Source of the DNA: Gammaproteobacteria bacterium
Lineage (GTDB): Bacteria > Pseudomonadota > Gammaproteobacteria > Eutrophobiales > Eutrophobiaceae
NCBI GenBank assembly: GCA_965243205.1
Contig: CBDEUK010000002.1
Location: 1,216,001-1,280,000 of the forward strand
Direction: 5' to 3'
DNA: 64,000 nt
The notes beneath the pieces were generated by a model. That model saw only the letters and a list, made by a program, of their open reading frames with translations, did not search any database and was not told the origin of the DNA. Position 1 is the first letter of the stretch. Every line of letters begins with the position of its first letter. Made by a program: the position numbers and the translations under genes. Shown here in pieces: positions 41,535 to 51,676 of the stretch.

Positions 41535-43385
41535 TTAATTTACGTTCTGATGAAAAGTCTCTTGTTTATTTGAAGTGGCTTTCTTGGTTTCATGATATTC
41601 CCTAAAAGCATGAGCTATATCTTTACCCATTAACTTTTCAAGAATTTTCATATCCGTTTGTCTAAAATCTACTACGATTAAGCCATCAACTACATCGTTG
41701 AATTGTGGATCGATATTAAACCCTAAAAATTGACCACCTAATCTTAAATATTGTTTTACTAAAACTGGTATCCCTTTCTTATCCGATTCAATTTGTGAAA
41801 CCATATCGGAAACCAATTCAATATCATTGACCACTCGAAGGTCATCCGTTTGCCATCGATAACGTTGTTTGGATTTAAACGGATTGCGAGCTCTAACATA
41901 TTTTGCAAACTCTTTATTAAAAGAATTATTTTTTAAAGCACCGATGATCAATTTTTGTGATTCAATTTTATAATCACGACTAATACTAACTGGGCCAAAA
42001 AGAATTGGGTATTCTCGTTGCATTGCGACGTAGGCCGAAATGCCTTTCCATAATATGTTCAACGGCTGAAAGGATTTTTGATATTCAATCCGTATAAAAG
42101 AACGACCAAGCTCGATTGCATTATGTAATTGTGGGATGAGTTTGTTCTTATAATGAAAAAGACTATAGGTGTATAAGCCCTTTTTACCATATTTCTTAAT
42201 GATATCGCTAGCGATGCCTAAACGGTAAGCACCAATTACTTCTTGTTTCTTTGTATTCCAAATAAACAAATGCATGTAATAAGAATCGTAAAGATCAATA
42301 TCGATTTTTTTCCCTGTACCTTCACCAACGGCACGAAAAGTTAGCTCTCGTAATCTTCCGATCTCTTGCATAAGCCAAGGAATTTGCTCGGCCTTGGCAT
42401 AATAAACCGATAAGTCCCCAGAGGTAATTAAACATTGTGAATCGGCTATTTTATTAACTTCTGACGTTAAAACATCTACATCGGGTTGTTGAATAATATT
42501 TTCAAAGCTATCCGATGAAACTATGTGTTGGCTCTGTTTTGTATTTACTTCGGCGAGCATATAGGTACGTAGTTTTAAATAACTCATTAACTCTTCAGAG
42601 TTGTTCAATTTCATTAACTTACTATTGGGAATTTCTTTACCAACCTGTAAGCGAATAGTTTTACCAATTTTTTTCAATAGCTCCCTAGGCAATAAACAAG
42701 TCCTGAGCAGAGGATGAATTAAGCCCATAACATTGAACAGCAAACTATTCCTGCCATGAAAATAAACTGGATTGACTGAAGCACCTGACAAAGTAATTAA
42801 ACGTCCAATGGTTGGATTCCATTCACTATCCATAATTCGCATTTTTTTAAAACTAAAATTAGAAACTTCGCCAGCCGGGAAAACTAATAAGAGGCCACCT
42901 TGTTTTAACCAGTTAAGCGATTCTTTTAACGGTTTCATGTTTCTTCGATGAGAATTTTCTGTTGCAAATGGATCAACCGATATAAAACAGTCTGCAACCT
43001 CAGGTATTTTAGAAAGATGATAATTTGCCATGACTTTCACATCATCACGATGTTCTCGTAATAGCATTGTTAAAATAACACCATCAAGCGCACCAAATGG
43101 ATGGTTCGCAACTACAACTACAGGCCCTTGTTTAGGAATATTACTGAATTCAGTCTTATTAATATCCAAGTTAACTTTCAATATATCCAAAATAGAACGG
43201 AATGTTTTATCGCTATCAGAAGTATCTGAAAGTTTATGATAATAGTTATTTATATCAGCCAAACCTGAAACAGATTCTAAACCACGTTCAATCAAACGGC
43301 TGGTCTTAGCAAATGATTTTGCAGGCAGAAGACCTGCTAGTGAAAAAGGATTGTTTTTAGCGTTATTTTGCATATTGCCCAACAT
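41535..43385 (-). CDS. Fused lysophospholipid acyltransferase + GNAT N-acyltransferase (OlsF-like aminolipid synthase)
   Basis: VVANHPFGALDG and FPAGEV (acyltransferase); EIGRLRELTFRAVGEG, GAYRLG, ELGRSF (GNAT). Confidence 0.8.
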   Translation of the reverse strand: MLGNMQNNAKNNPFSLAGLLPAKSFAKTSRLIERGLESVSGLADINNYYHKLSDTSDSDKTFRSILDILKVNLDINKTEFSNIPKQGPVVVVANHPFGALDGVILTMLLREHRDDVKVMANYHLSKIPEVADCFISVDPFATENSHRRNMKPLKESLNWLKQGGLLLVFPAGEVSNFSFKKMRIMDSEWNPTIGRLITLSGASVNPVYFHGRNSLLFNVMGLIHPLLRTCLLPRELLKKIGKTIRLQVGKEIPNSKLMKLNNSEELMSYLKLRTYMLAEVNTKQSQHIVSSDSFENIIQQPDVDVLTSEVNKIADSQCLITSGDLSVYYAKAEQIPWLMQEIGRLRELTFRAVGEGTGKKIDIDLYDSYYMHLFIWNTKKQEVIGAYRLGIASDIIKKYGKKGLYTYSLFHYKNKLIPQLHNAIELGRSFIRIEYQKSFQPLNILWKGISAYVAMQREYPILFGPVSISRDYKIESQKLIIGALKNNSFNKEFAKYVRARNPFKSKQRYRWQTDDLRVVNDIELVSDMVSQIESDKKGIPVLVKQYLRLGGQFLGFNIDPQFNDVVDGLIVVDFRQTDMKILEKLMGKDIAHAFREYHETKKATSNKQETFHQNVN

Positions 43386-44424
43386 GTTCTTTATTCATAT
43401 CTTCTGAACCATCGATAAACGATATTTTTTCAATTGGAGCAAGATTTTCCAAAAAAGTTTGCGCACTATTATGCCATGTAAATTTACTCGAATAATCAAT
43501 ACAATCCTCAGAATTCAATTTCATGGCATCTAAGCAAGCTCGTTTTAGATTATCTGATAAAATACCTGAAAATCCATTTTTCACAACATCAATCGGTCCT
43601 GTGACAGGATACGCTGCTACAGGCAAACCACAAGCCATAGCCTCTAATAATACAATGCCAAACGTATCCGTTAAGCTTGGAAAGACAAATACATCGGAAG
43701 CTGCTACATGTTGGGCTAATTCTTCACCAAATTTATAACCCGTATAATGTGCATCTGGAAACTTTTGCTTTAATTTTTCTAGATACGGTCCATCACCGAT
43801 TATTAACTTACTACCGGGTAAATCTAAAGATAAGAATGCTTCAATATTTTTCTCAACGGCAATACGTCCCATATGAACAAAGATAGGGCGTGGTAAATCA
43901 AGAAAACTTTTATCTCTGGGTTTGAATATTTCAGAATTGACACCACGCGACCATATCACCACATTCTTAAAACCATTTTCTTCTAGACGTTGTTTCATGT
44001 GATTGGTTGGTACAAAGGTATGTGCAGCTTTTTCATGAAAACGTCTGATGTATGCATAACTCCAACTTAACGGTATTGGCACTCTGGCTTTTATATATTC
44101 AGGAAACTGAGTGTGATAAGAAGTTGTAAACGAAATATTATGTTTTAAGCAATATCGTCTTGCCGCAGTGCCTATTGGTCCTTCAGTCGCAACATGTACA
44201 GCATCAGGCTTTATACGTTTGAGTAAACGCGAAACTTTGCGGCCTGGTAATAATGCTAACCGTATCGAAGGATAGGTTGGGCAAGGAATAGTCTTAAAAT
44301 CTTGTGGGGTAATGAATCGAACATCGTGCCCCATACGAATCAGTTCTTCAGAAACATTCTCGTAGGTGCGCACAACACCATTCACTTGTGGACGCCAAGC
44401 GTCGGTAGCTATAACGATTTTCAA
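43363..44424 (-). CDS. GT4 glycosyltransferase (Agt-like glycolipid synthase)
   Basis: TDAWRPQVNGVV, HVATEGPIG, YHTQFPEY, FPSLTDTFGIVLLEAMACG. Confidence 0.88.
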   Translation of the reverse strand: MKIVIATDAWRPQVNGVVRTYENVSEELIRMGHDVRFITPQDFKTIPCPTYPSIRLALLPGRKVSRLLKRIKPDAVHVATEGPIGTAARRYCLKHNISFTTSYHTQFPEYIKARVPIPLSWSYAYIRRFHEKAAHTFVPTNHMKQRLEENGFKNVVIWSRGVNSEIFKPRDKSFLDLPRPIFVHMGRIAVEKNIEAFLSLDLPGSKLIIGDGPYLEKLKQKFPDAHYTGYKFGEELAQHVAASDVFVFPSLTDTFGIVLLEAMACGLPVAAYPVTGPIDVVKNGFSGILSDNLKRACLDAMKLNSEDCIDYSSKFTWHNSAQTFLENLAPIEKISFIDGSEDMNKEHVGQYAK

Positions 44425-44428
44425 AGTA

Positions 44429-45223
44429 TTAGGCGGCTGCGAGCTCGAGTTTTTTCAATTGTTCTTGTTGATCGGTCCAATGCAATATTTGCAATGACCC
44501 ATCGTGGGTTTCGACTAATGATGTACAACTTTCAACCCAATCACCACAGTTACAATAAATAATATCTTCAAAATGTGTAATCTCAGCGTGATGAATATGA
44601 CCAGAGATTATACCATCAACTTCGTGGGTCTTTGCAGCATGCGATAAAGCTTTTTCAAAATTGCTGATGTAATTCACAGCATTTTTTACTCGAGCTTTTA
44701 ACATTTTTGCTAATGACCAATAGGGAAAGCCCATGCGACGTCTTATAAAATTCACCCAACCATTCACTTTCAATAACATGTCGTAAAGACCGCTACCAAT
44801 TAATGCTAACATTTTTGAATTGGTGACAACGGCATCAAATTGGTCACCATGAATCACTAAAAACTTTTTACCGCAATTGGTCTCGTGAATCACTTCATCT
44901 ACCAATTCCAAATTACCAAATACTAAACCTGAGTAATCACGTAAAAACTCATCATGATTTCCAGTTACATAAATAATTTTAGTGCCGTGTTTCGCTTTAC
45001 CAAGGATAGTTCGAATCACATCATTGTGAGCTTGTGGCCAGTATAATTTTTTCTTTATCTGCCACATATCGATAATATCCCCAACCAAATAGAGATAATC
45101 GCAACGGGTAGAACGTAAAAAGTCCAAAAGGTATTCAGCACTACAACCGGAAAAACCTAAATGAACATCTGAAATAAAAATAGAACGATAGTAGGTTGGC
45201 TCGATCTTAGTGACGTTATCCAT
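44429..45223 (-). CDS. LpxH-like metallophosphoesterase, probably PlcP-type phospholipase C
   Basis: ISDVHLG, LVGDIID, GNHDE, HGDQFD, GHIHHA, N.GDWVES; adjacent GT4 gene and Pho boxes. Confidence 0.8.
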   Translation of the reverse strand: MDNVTKIEPTYYRSIFISDVHLGFSGCSAEYLLDFLRSTRCDYLYLVGDIIDMWQIKKKLYWPQAHNDVIRTILGKAKHGTKIIYVTGNHDEFLRDYSGLVFGNLELVDEVIHETNCGKKFLVIHGDQFDAVVTNSKMLALIGSGLYDMLLKVNGWVNFIRRRMGFPYWSLAKMLKARVKNAVNYISNFEKALSHAAKTHEVDGIISGHIHHAEITHFEDIIYCNCGDWVESCTSLVETHDGSLQILHWTDQQEQLKKLELAAA

Positions 45224-45271
45224 ACGAATTTACTCGCAGTATTTAAGACGCGCATAGTGTCAATCAAGATC

Positions 45272-45311
45272 ATGACAAATCAGTTTAATTTTTGTTACAA
45301 AATGATGAAAC
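45272..45311 (-). promoter_or_regulatory. Pho box array (PhoB-type, four half-sites with 11-bp period)
   Basis: Minus strand GTTTCAT-catt-TTGTAAC-aaaa-ATTAAAC-tgat-TTGTCAT versus consensus CTGTCAT-N4. Confidence 0.7.
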
Positions 45312-45379
45312 TATTACCTTTTTATAATCAATAAGATCACAATTTAAATAGTGAAAGCTTAATTAATTGATCATCGAAA

Positions 45380-45406
45380 TGCCATAGAGCATCAAGCTCT
45401 ATGGCA
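45380..45406 (-). terminator. Hairpin terminator downstream of htpX
   Basis: TGCCATAGAGC-N5-GCTCTATGGCA perfect 11-bp stem. Confidence 0.65.
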
Positions 45407-45431
45407 AGGATCTAGTTATATAAACTCTATA

Positions 45432-46322
45432 TTAAAAAGGCATTTTTTGAAGAGCTGCAATTCTTTCTTCTAGTGGGGGATGGGTCATTGTTAATTTTTT
45501 AAGTCCCATTGATCCTAACAAACCACCATTAATTCCAAACGCCTGCATTGCAGCAGGTAATTGTGCAGGTTTGGAAACATTTTGTAATCGTTGTAATGCT
45601 CTGACCATTTTATCGCGACTGGACAGTTTAGCGCCGCCTTCATCAGCACGGTATTCTCTATAACGACTAAACCATCGAACGATTAAGGTTGCTAAAAAAC
45701 CTAATACCGTTTGCGCTATCATATAGGTAACGCTATAACCAATCCCTCGACCAAAACCATAACCTGAACGGTTATATCCATCCCCTCTTCGATCGACCAT
45801 GCTGGAAATAATCTGCGCAAATACAATAACAAAGGTATTTAATACGCCTTGTAATAAGGACAACGTCACCATATCACCATTCGCAACATGGCTAACTTCA
45901 TGACCCAACACTGCCTCTACTTCACCTTTATCCATGGTGTTTAATAAACCTGTACTAACTGCAACCAACGCTGCGTTTTTATTGGCTCCAGTCGCAAATG
46001 CATTGGGCGCATCCGAGTTAAAAATTGCAACTTCAGGTCGACCAATTCCAGCAGCATCTGCTTGGCGATATACGGTGTCGACTAACCATTTTTCAAGATC
46101 ATTGCTAGGGTTTTCGATAACAACTGCGCCTGATGAGCGTTTTGCCATAGACTTAGACATCATTAAAGAAATGAAGGAGCCAGCCATCCCCATAATGCCA
46201 GCCATAATTAACATTGGCGTCCAGCTCATACCAGGTTGATTCAAACCCAATACATTTATAATCACACCTAGTACAAACAAAACTGCCATGTTTGTACCAA
46301 GGAATAACCCTAATCTCATCAT
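45432..46322 (-). CDS. htpX: Membrane zinc protease HtpX
   Basis: PNAFATG, GHEVSHVANGDMVT, FSRYREYRAD, THPPLEERI. Confidence 0.95.
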   Translation of the reverse strand: MMRLGLFLGTNMAVLFVLGVIINVLGLNQPGMSWTPMLIMAGIMGMAGSFISLMMSKSMAKRSSGAVVIENPSNDLEKWLVDTVYRQADAAGIGRPEVAIFNSDAPNAFATGANKNAALVAVSTGLLNTMDKGEVEAVLGHEVSHVANGDMVTLSLLQGVLNTFVIVFAQIISSMVDRRGDGYNRSGYGFGRGIGYSVTYMIAQTVLGFLATLIVRWFSRYREYRADEGGAKLSSRDKMVRALQRLQNVSKPAQLPAAMQAFGINGGLLGSMGLKKLTMTHPPLEERIAALQKMPF

Positions 46323-46370
46323 TGTTCTATGCTCCTAGAATGCGTAAATTTTTAATGTAAAGAATGTATT

Positions 46371-46931
46371 TTAAGGTAATGTGACTAAACAAGAATCTAA
46401 GTTTGCTCTTTTTGTCTGAGGTATTTCCTTTGCGTAACCGTACCAAATAATACCAACCACATATTCCTGTTCAGGATCCAACCAAGCCAATTCATAAAAT
46501 CTCGGATCTCGAATCACGTCACCTGTAGACCATTTACAACCAATTTTATGACTCCATAAATACAATGAAAAATTCTGAATAGCACAAGCAACAGCAGCGT
46601 AATCCTCTTGTTTTCTTAGTTCATCATCACTTTTATCACATGTTACGATCAGCCATCCTGGTATGGACTGCCATCGCTTAAGTTTTTTTTCTGCTGTTGC
46701 ATTATCAAACTTGGCTTCGAATAGCTGATAACTTAAATCGCATATGGCTTGCTGTGTTTCCTCGCCAACTAAATAAAAATGCCAAGGTTCAGTTAAATGA
46801 TGATTTGGGGCCTGTTGAGCAAGTTTTAAAGCATTAAAGATTATTTCTGGATCAGGGATAGGATCATTTAAAAACTCATGAATTGTCCTTCGTTCTTGTA
46901 TCACGCTCTCAATACTGATTGGTTCTGACAT
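46371..46931 (-). CDS. Nitroreductase family protein (YdjA-like)
   Basis: ERRTIHEF, APNHHLTEPWHF, ACAIQN, GCKWSTG. Confidence 0.85.
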   Translation of the reverse strand: MSEPISIESVIQERRTIHEFLNDPIPDPEIIFNALKLAQQAPNHHLTEPWHFYLVGEETQQAICDLSYQLFEAKFDNATAEKKLKRWQSIPGWLIVTCDKSDDELRKQEDYAAVACAIQNFSLYLWSHKIGCKWSTGDVIRDPRFYELAWLDPEQEYVVGIIWYGYAKEIPQTKRANLDSCLVTLP

Positions 46932-47265
46932 ATCATCTCACTTTAATTCAGTTTCATAAGTCATTAAATTTACATAATTTTGACGGCAATAACGTCAAGT
47001 CATTGGCGGATTTTTAATCAGTTACATCCTACGTTATTGCAGTCATAGTTGTATATTTAAAATTGTTTAGCTATCTAGGTATTTAAGACCTAAAAAGCAA
47101 ATAAGCAGTTCATTTATATAGTATTTTTTTGTTGTTTATACCCTCAAACCAAGGCTTTCAAAATATAAAATGTTAACAAATTCCCATATAAAATAAATTT
47201 GGCTCAAGATTTGCGTTAACCATGTCGATAGTAATTTTAATGCAGTATTTTGCCGGAGCCACGTT

Positions 47266-47520
47266 ATGAAAGCTGAAAATTTAGTCAACGAATACCCTGA
47301 AATGGAAGAAGCAGATGCTTTTCAATCGGTTACTCGTTTAATTGCGATGAACGCAATGGTAGAAGCTGCACGAATGGGAAAAGAGGGGGAAAAATTCGCC
47401 CACTTAACTCAACAGATGATTGATTTAGCAAGAGATGCGTCAGCAGATGATGCATTAATGGCTGATATGATAGAAAAACAAATTCAATCTATCAAAAGCC
47501 TAAAACCTTCCTCAGAATAA
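47266..47520 (+). CDS. Small protein resembling a chemoreceptor (MCP) signalling tip
   Basis: TRLIAMNAMVEAARMGKEGEKFA versus MCP TNLLALNAAIEAARAGE.GRGFA; GGAG SD. Confidence 0.65.
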   Translation: MKAENLVNEYPEMEEADAFQSVTRLIAMNAMVEAARMGKEGEKFAHLTQQMIDLARDASADDALMADMIEKQIQSIKSLKPSSE

Positions 47521-47537
47521 TCTAAAGAAAATCTGAT

Positions 47538-48602
47538 TTACTCCATAGACATTTCTTGATATCCAGCGATATGTCCCGTCGCATTATTTAGTACTCGTTG
47601 TATATTTTCTATCACTACCTCAGGGGCTTCCAAATGAATGCTATGCCCACTATTTTTCACAATTACCTGCCAGCTATTAGAACTTAAATTTGTTAATTCC
47701 GTTTGCATATCTTGCCACACTGTTTCAAGTGAGTACTTACCATCGACAGAAGGCAATTGAGATATTCCTCTAGTTAATACTGCTAATGGAATTTCAGCCG
47801 GGAAAGTTTTTAATTCATTGACCTCTTTTGCACTGTGCTTAAAAGACCGTAATTCTTGCATCTGGGCATAAATAGCTTTTCGGTTAGAATTTAATAAAGC
47901 CCAATAGCGTTGCTGCTTAGTCATTTTTGATAAATCATACTCAGGTACTTTAATCAGTGTCTTCCTGTCAGCTTTAGGTAATTCATCAAGTTCTTTTAGA
48001 CGATCAATTTGATCAGGATGAGAAGACTCAACTAAAACCATTCCTGCAACCTTTTTAGGAAATAAACCTGCAAAATATTGCATGGTATAACCACCAAAAG
48101 AGTGTCCCACTAAAACATAAGGTCCCGAAATTTCAGCCTTTAATAACACACCATAAAGCTCTTCGACGATAGTTGAGGTTAATCTGGGTGATGGACCAGC
48201 ATCGCTCATTCCATAGCCGGCACGATCAAAAATGCATGTACGGGTCGTTTTTGATATTTCAGTGGCAATTGACAACCAATTTGCAGAAGAATCTGCAATA
48301 CCTCCATCAAATAAAACGGTAGGACTGCCCTCTCCTTGGCAATGGAAATACAGACGGTAATTATCCATCATTGCGTATTTACCTTTGGGTTCTTCGTATT
48401 CATCCATCACGTCCCATAGCTCTTCAGATATTGAGCTGGATGTATAAAAAGAACTTATCAGTAATATTGATATTGGAAGGAATAGTTTGTTTTTACAATT
48501 CATTATAATCTTCTTTATTAATGATATTTTCATACTAGATGACGTCCTAAAATCGATCCAGTGTTTAGCCAATAGGAAACTGGGTAGTAGCCTGATGTAC
48601 AA
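47538..48602 (-). CDS. Alpha/beta hydrolase, exported; likely start near MNCKN
   Basis: DRAGYGMSD, GHSFGG, GHSIH. Confidence 0.88.
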   Translation of the reverse strand: MYIRLLPSFLLAKHWIDFRTSSSMKISLIKKIIMNCKNKLFLPISILLISSFYTSSSISEELWDVMDEYEEPKGKYAMMDNYRLYFHCQGEGSPTVLFDGGIADSSANWLSIATEISKTTRTCIFDRAGYGMSDAGPSPRLTSTIVEELYGVLLKAEISGPYVLVGHSFGGYTMQYFAGLFPKKVAGMVLVESSHPDQIDRLKELDELPKADRKTLIKVPEYDLSKMTKQQRYWALLNSNRKAIYAQMQELRSFKHSAKEVNELKTFPAEIPLAVLTRGISQLPSVDGKYSLETVWQDMQTELTNLSSNSWQVIVKNSGHSIHLEAPEVVIENIQRVLNNATGHIAGYQEMSME

Positions 48603-48666
48603 GACAGAAAATTAACGTTTTTTAATGTTATAGTGATTAAAATTCCTATAACTTGCATGTTTTTAT

Positions 48667-49158
48667 ATGACAGAGGTGATACTAATGGCAATTGAAGAAG
48701 GCAAAGCTGCTCCAGCCTTTACTCTTAAAGACAGCGACGGCAATAAAGTCGCATTGAAAGATTTTAAAGGACAAGATGTGATCGTATATTTTTATCCTAA
48801 AGACGACACACCAGGATGTACAAAACAAGCCTGTGGTTTTAGAGATAATTGGAAAGCACTACAAAAAACTGGGGCGGTTATCTTAGGTATTTCGCCCGAC
48901 GATGAAGAATCTCATCAAAAATTTATAAAAAAATACAAACTCCCATTTACTCTATTATGCGATCCTGACAAAAAAGTCATGACCAAATACGAAGCCTTTG
49001 GTGAGAAAATGATGTACGGTAAAAAAGTAACTGGTGTCATTCGTTCAACTGTATGGGTAGGTCCTAACGGTAAAGTAAAAAAACATTGGAAGAAAGTACC
49101 TAAAGCTGCCGATCATCCTGATAAAGTGTTGGAAGCTCTACTAGCCGACCAAGAATAA
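48667..49158 (+). CDS. bcp: Peroxiredoxin Q / BCP
   Basis: YFYPKDDTPGCTKQACGFRD. Confidence 0.93.
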   Translation: MTEVILMAIEEGKAAPAFTLKDSDGNKVALKDFKGQDVIVYFYPKDDTPGCTKQACGFRDNWKALQKTGAVILGISPDDEESHQKFIKKYKLPFTLLCDPDKKVMTKYEAFGEKMMYGKKVTGVIRSTVWVGPNGKVKKHWKKVPKAADHPDKVLEALLADQE

Positions 49159-49616
49159 TGCAAACTGAGCAAACTGATCTAAAAAGAACCGCTCAAATAA
49201 TAGGTTATCTAGGCTTGCTGCCATTTGCGACAGGCCTAGTAGCTTTATTTCTAATCAATGATGATTCCTTGTTTATTCTTATCACTCATTTAATTGTTTA
49301 CTATTCTGCAGTAATAATTGTTTTTGTGTCTGCAGTTCATTGGGGCTATGTGATTTCAAATAATAACGTTTCTGAACATTCAAGACGTATCATCATATCC
49401 ATTATTCCAAGTTTACTGGCCTGTATCTTCTTAATGTTGCCAACTCAAACATCTCTTGCTTGTTTCTTTTTTTGTTTTATCCTTTGGCAAAAGTACGAAG
49501 AAACGATACAAGCCCATATACAATTTCCCGATTGGTATGTGTTACTTCGTAAACACTTAAGTTATACCGTTGCTGCTCTCCTATTACTTGCTTGGCTTAT
49601 CTGTCTTAACGCATAA
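49158..49616 (+). CDS. DUF3429-like membrane protein
   Basis: GYLGLLPF, YSAVIIVFVSAVHWG, PDWYVLLRKHLS. Confidence 0.78.
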   Translation: MQTEQTDLKRTAQIIGYLGLLPFATGLVALFLINDDSLFILITHLIVYYSAVIIVFVSAVHWGYVISNNNVSEHSRRIIISIIPSLLACIFLMLPTQTSLACFFFCFILWQKYEETIQAHIQFPDWYVLLRKHLSYTVAALLLLAWLICLNA

Positions 49617-49795
49617 CAAAGCTTATTTGTTCATTTTTTTGGAATTTTTCCTAATTTTCGGTATATTCCAAGACAAACTAAATTTCTTTCTATAAAAGAA
49701 ATAATCAAACTAATGGCTTTAACAATAGGACAGATGGTGTTAATGAGCATATATTTTGATTACATCCTTCCAGCAATTTTCAAGGAGACATTCTA

Positions 49796-51031
49796 ATGTT
49801 TCGCGTATTGTTGCTATTACTCGCTTTCTTTTTATTGTGTTACTTCTGCATAACTCATTGTTCACCTGAAATTGAAAATGATGTGCTTACTAATGCGAAT
49901 GCAACTTTAATTGCAGAAAACCAAACTGAAAATATCGTAGCTACGGTTGATGGTCGAGATATCATATTAACTGGCCAAGTTGATACAGAAGAAGAAAAAA
50001 ATCATATTTTGGATGCCATTCAAAATACAACTGGCGTTAGGGTTGTGGATCACACAATTGCCTTAACACCTAAACCTTTCGCAAGACCAGAGCCCGTCGT
50101 TGTAGTTCAAGAATCTGAGCCTGAACCAATTGCTGATATATCTGAACCACAACCAACTGAACCAGAATCTATTGAGCCACAAGAAATAGCGGCGGTTGAA
50201 CCAGAGCCAGAACCTCAAAGTGAACCTGAACCTACACCCGAAGCTGAACCTGAAATCGAAACCGTTTATATCGAACCTGGTCTGCCTTTATCGAAACTCT
50301 ATACCAGCATTTCTAAAGATGCTGAACAATATAATTTAGCCGGATACCTACAAAATGAATCAAGCAAGCAGAGTTTACTTAAACAATTAGGTAAGCAATA
50401 TAAGATCAATGACAACTTAAAACTAACAAAGCTTGAAAGCGAATGGCCAGCCAGTTGGACGGTGGTTGTTTCTCAAGTCGCTAATGAATTATCAAAATTA
50501 GAAAATGGTTTAGCCTCGATTAAACCAAATGAAATTATAATCACTGGCAATGCTAACGATCATAAAATCCGCGATCAAATTGAAAAACAATTAAGGCAAT
50601 CCATACCAAATTCATGGGCAATGGATTTTGATATTGATATCCCATTATCAGAAACCAGTAGTGCTTGTGAAACTGAAATTCAAAACTTACTCAATCAAGA
50701 AACGATAAATTTCAGACTTAATAGTGCTGACATAAGCATTGAAAGCACACAGTTACTTGATTCAATTATTGGTAATATAAAAACATGTTCCCAAGCCAAA
50801 TTTTTAATTGAAGGCCATACTGATTCCATTGGTGATAAAGCTTATAACCAACAGCTTAGTGAATGGCGTGCTGAAGCAGTTAAAGATTATTTAGTCTCTA
50901 AAGGCGTTTCTGCTCAAAGAATATCTACCAAAGGTTTTGGTGAAACTCGACCAATTGCGAAGAACACAACAATCAAAGGCCGCTCGCAAAACCGGCGTAT
51001 TGAATTTGTTGTTTTAGGAGAATCACAATGA
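49796..51031 (+). CDS. BON-domain + OmpA-family peptidoglycan-binding protein with Pro/Glu-rich linker
   Basis: VDGRDIILTG (BON), EPEP repeats, IEGHTDSIG..YNQQLSEWRA, GFGETRP, NRRIEF. Confidence 0.85.
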   Translation: MFRVLLLLLAFFLLCYFCITHCSPEIENDVLTNANATLIAENQTENIVATVDGRDIILTGQVDTEEEKNHILDAIQNTTGVRVVDHTIALTPKPFARPEPVVVVQESEPEPIADISEPQPTEPESIEPQEIAAVEPEPEPQSEPEPTPEAEPEIETVYIEPGLPLSKLYTSISKDAEQYNLAGYLQNESSKQSLLKQLGKQYKINDNLKLTKLESEWPASWTVVVSQVANELSKLENGLASIKPNEIIITGNANDHKIRDQIEKQLRQSIPNSWAMDFDIDIPLSETSSACETEIQNLLNQETINFRLNSADISIESTQLLDSIIGNIKTCSQAKFLIEGHTDSIGDKAYNQQLSEWRAEAVKDYLVSKGVSAQRISTKGFGETRPIAKNTTIKGRSQNRRIEFVVLGESQ

Positions 51032-51654
51032 TATATCTTATGTTTCAGATGTTTTTATGCTTGGGCATATCTTTTTTAATAGGTTTTCTATTAGGCGGAC
51101 TAATTTCTTACAAAATAATTAAAGAAAAACTCCAAAATCAAATAAATATGTTAGGTGTTCAACTAAAAAGCTGTAAAGATAAATGTGCCTCTTTGGAACA
51201 AGATGATTCGAAAAGCCAACTTGATGCCATTGCTAATGAACTTTCTGCATTGAAAACTTCTATCACTGAAAAAGATGAAACCATTGCAACATTGGAATCG
51301 CAATTAAAAATCAGCCAACAAACTAAAGAACGTTCTGGAGGCAGTTTATTAGAACGTGCCGACTTTGATGAACATCGCCCTAAAATTTATGAAGATATGC
51401 CAAAACATTTCTTCACCAGCCGACCAACCAAGGTTGATGATTTAAAACGCATATCAGGTGTTGGACCTGTTTTAGAAAAAACCTTAAATGATTTAGGCAT
51501 CTACCAATTTAGACAAATCGCTTTGTTTAACCAAGAAGATATCGATTGGGTTTCAAAACACTTAGAACAATTCAAAGGTCGAATTGAACGTGATGATTGG
51601 GTCAATCAAGCACATGAACTGTATAAGGAAAAATACGGTAAGGATCCTGAATAA
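51028..51654 (+). CDS. Membrane-anchored coiled-coil protein with C-terminal helix-hairpin-helix domain
   Basis: N-terminal TM; DDLKRISGVGPVLEKTLNDLGIYQFRQIA...GRIERDDWVNQA. Confidence 0.75.
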   Translation: MIYLMFQMFLCLGISFLIGFLLGGLISYKIIKEKLQNQINMLGVQLKSCKDKCASLEQDDSKSQLDAIANELSALKTSITEKDETIATLESQLKISQQTKERSGGSLLERADFDEHRPKIYEDMPKHFFTSRPTKVDDLKRISGVGPVLEKTLNDLGIYQFRQIALFNQEDIDWVSKHLEQFKGRIERDDWVNQAHELYKEKYGKDPE

Positions 51655-51676
51655 TCATACTTATCGCTAGTTATCT

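Noticed and set aside
50086-50280. GAACC-type short repeats
   Set aside because: Explained by the Glu-Pro linker coding sequence.
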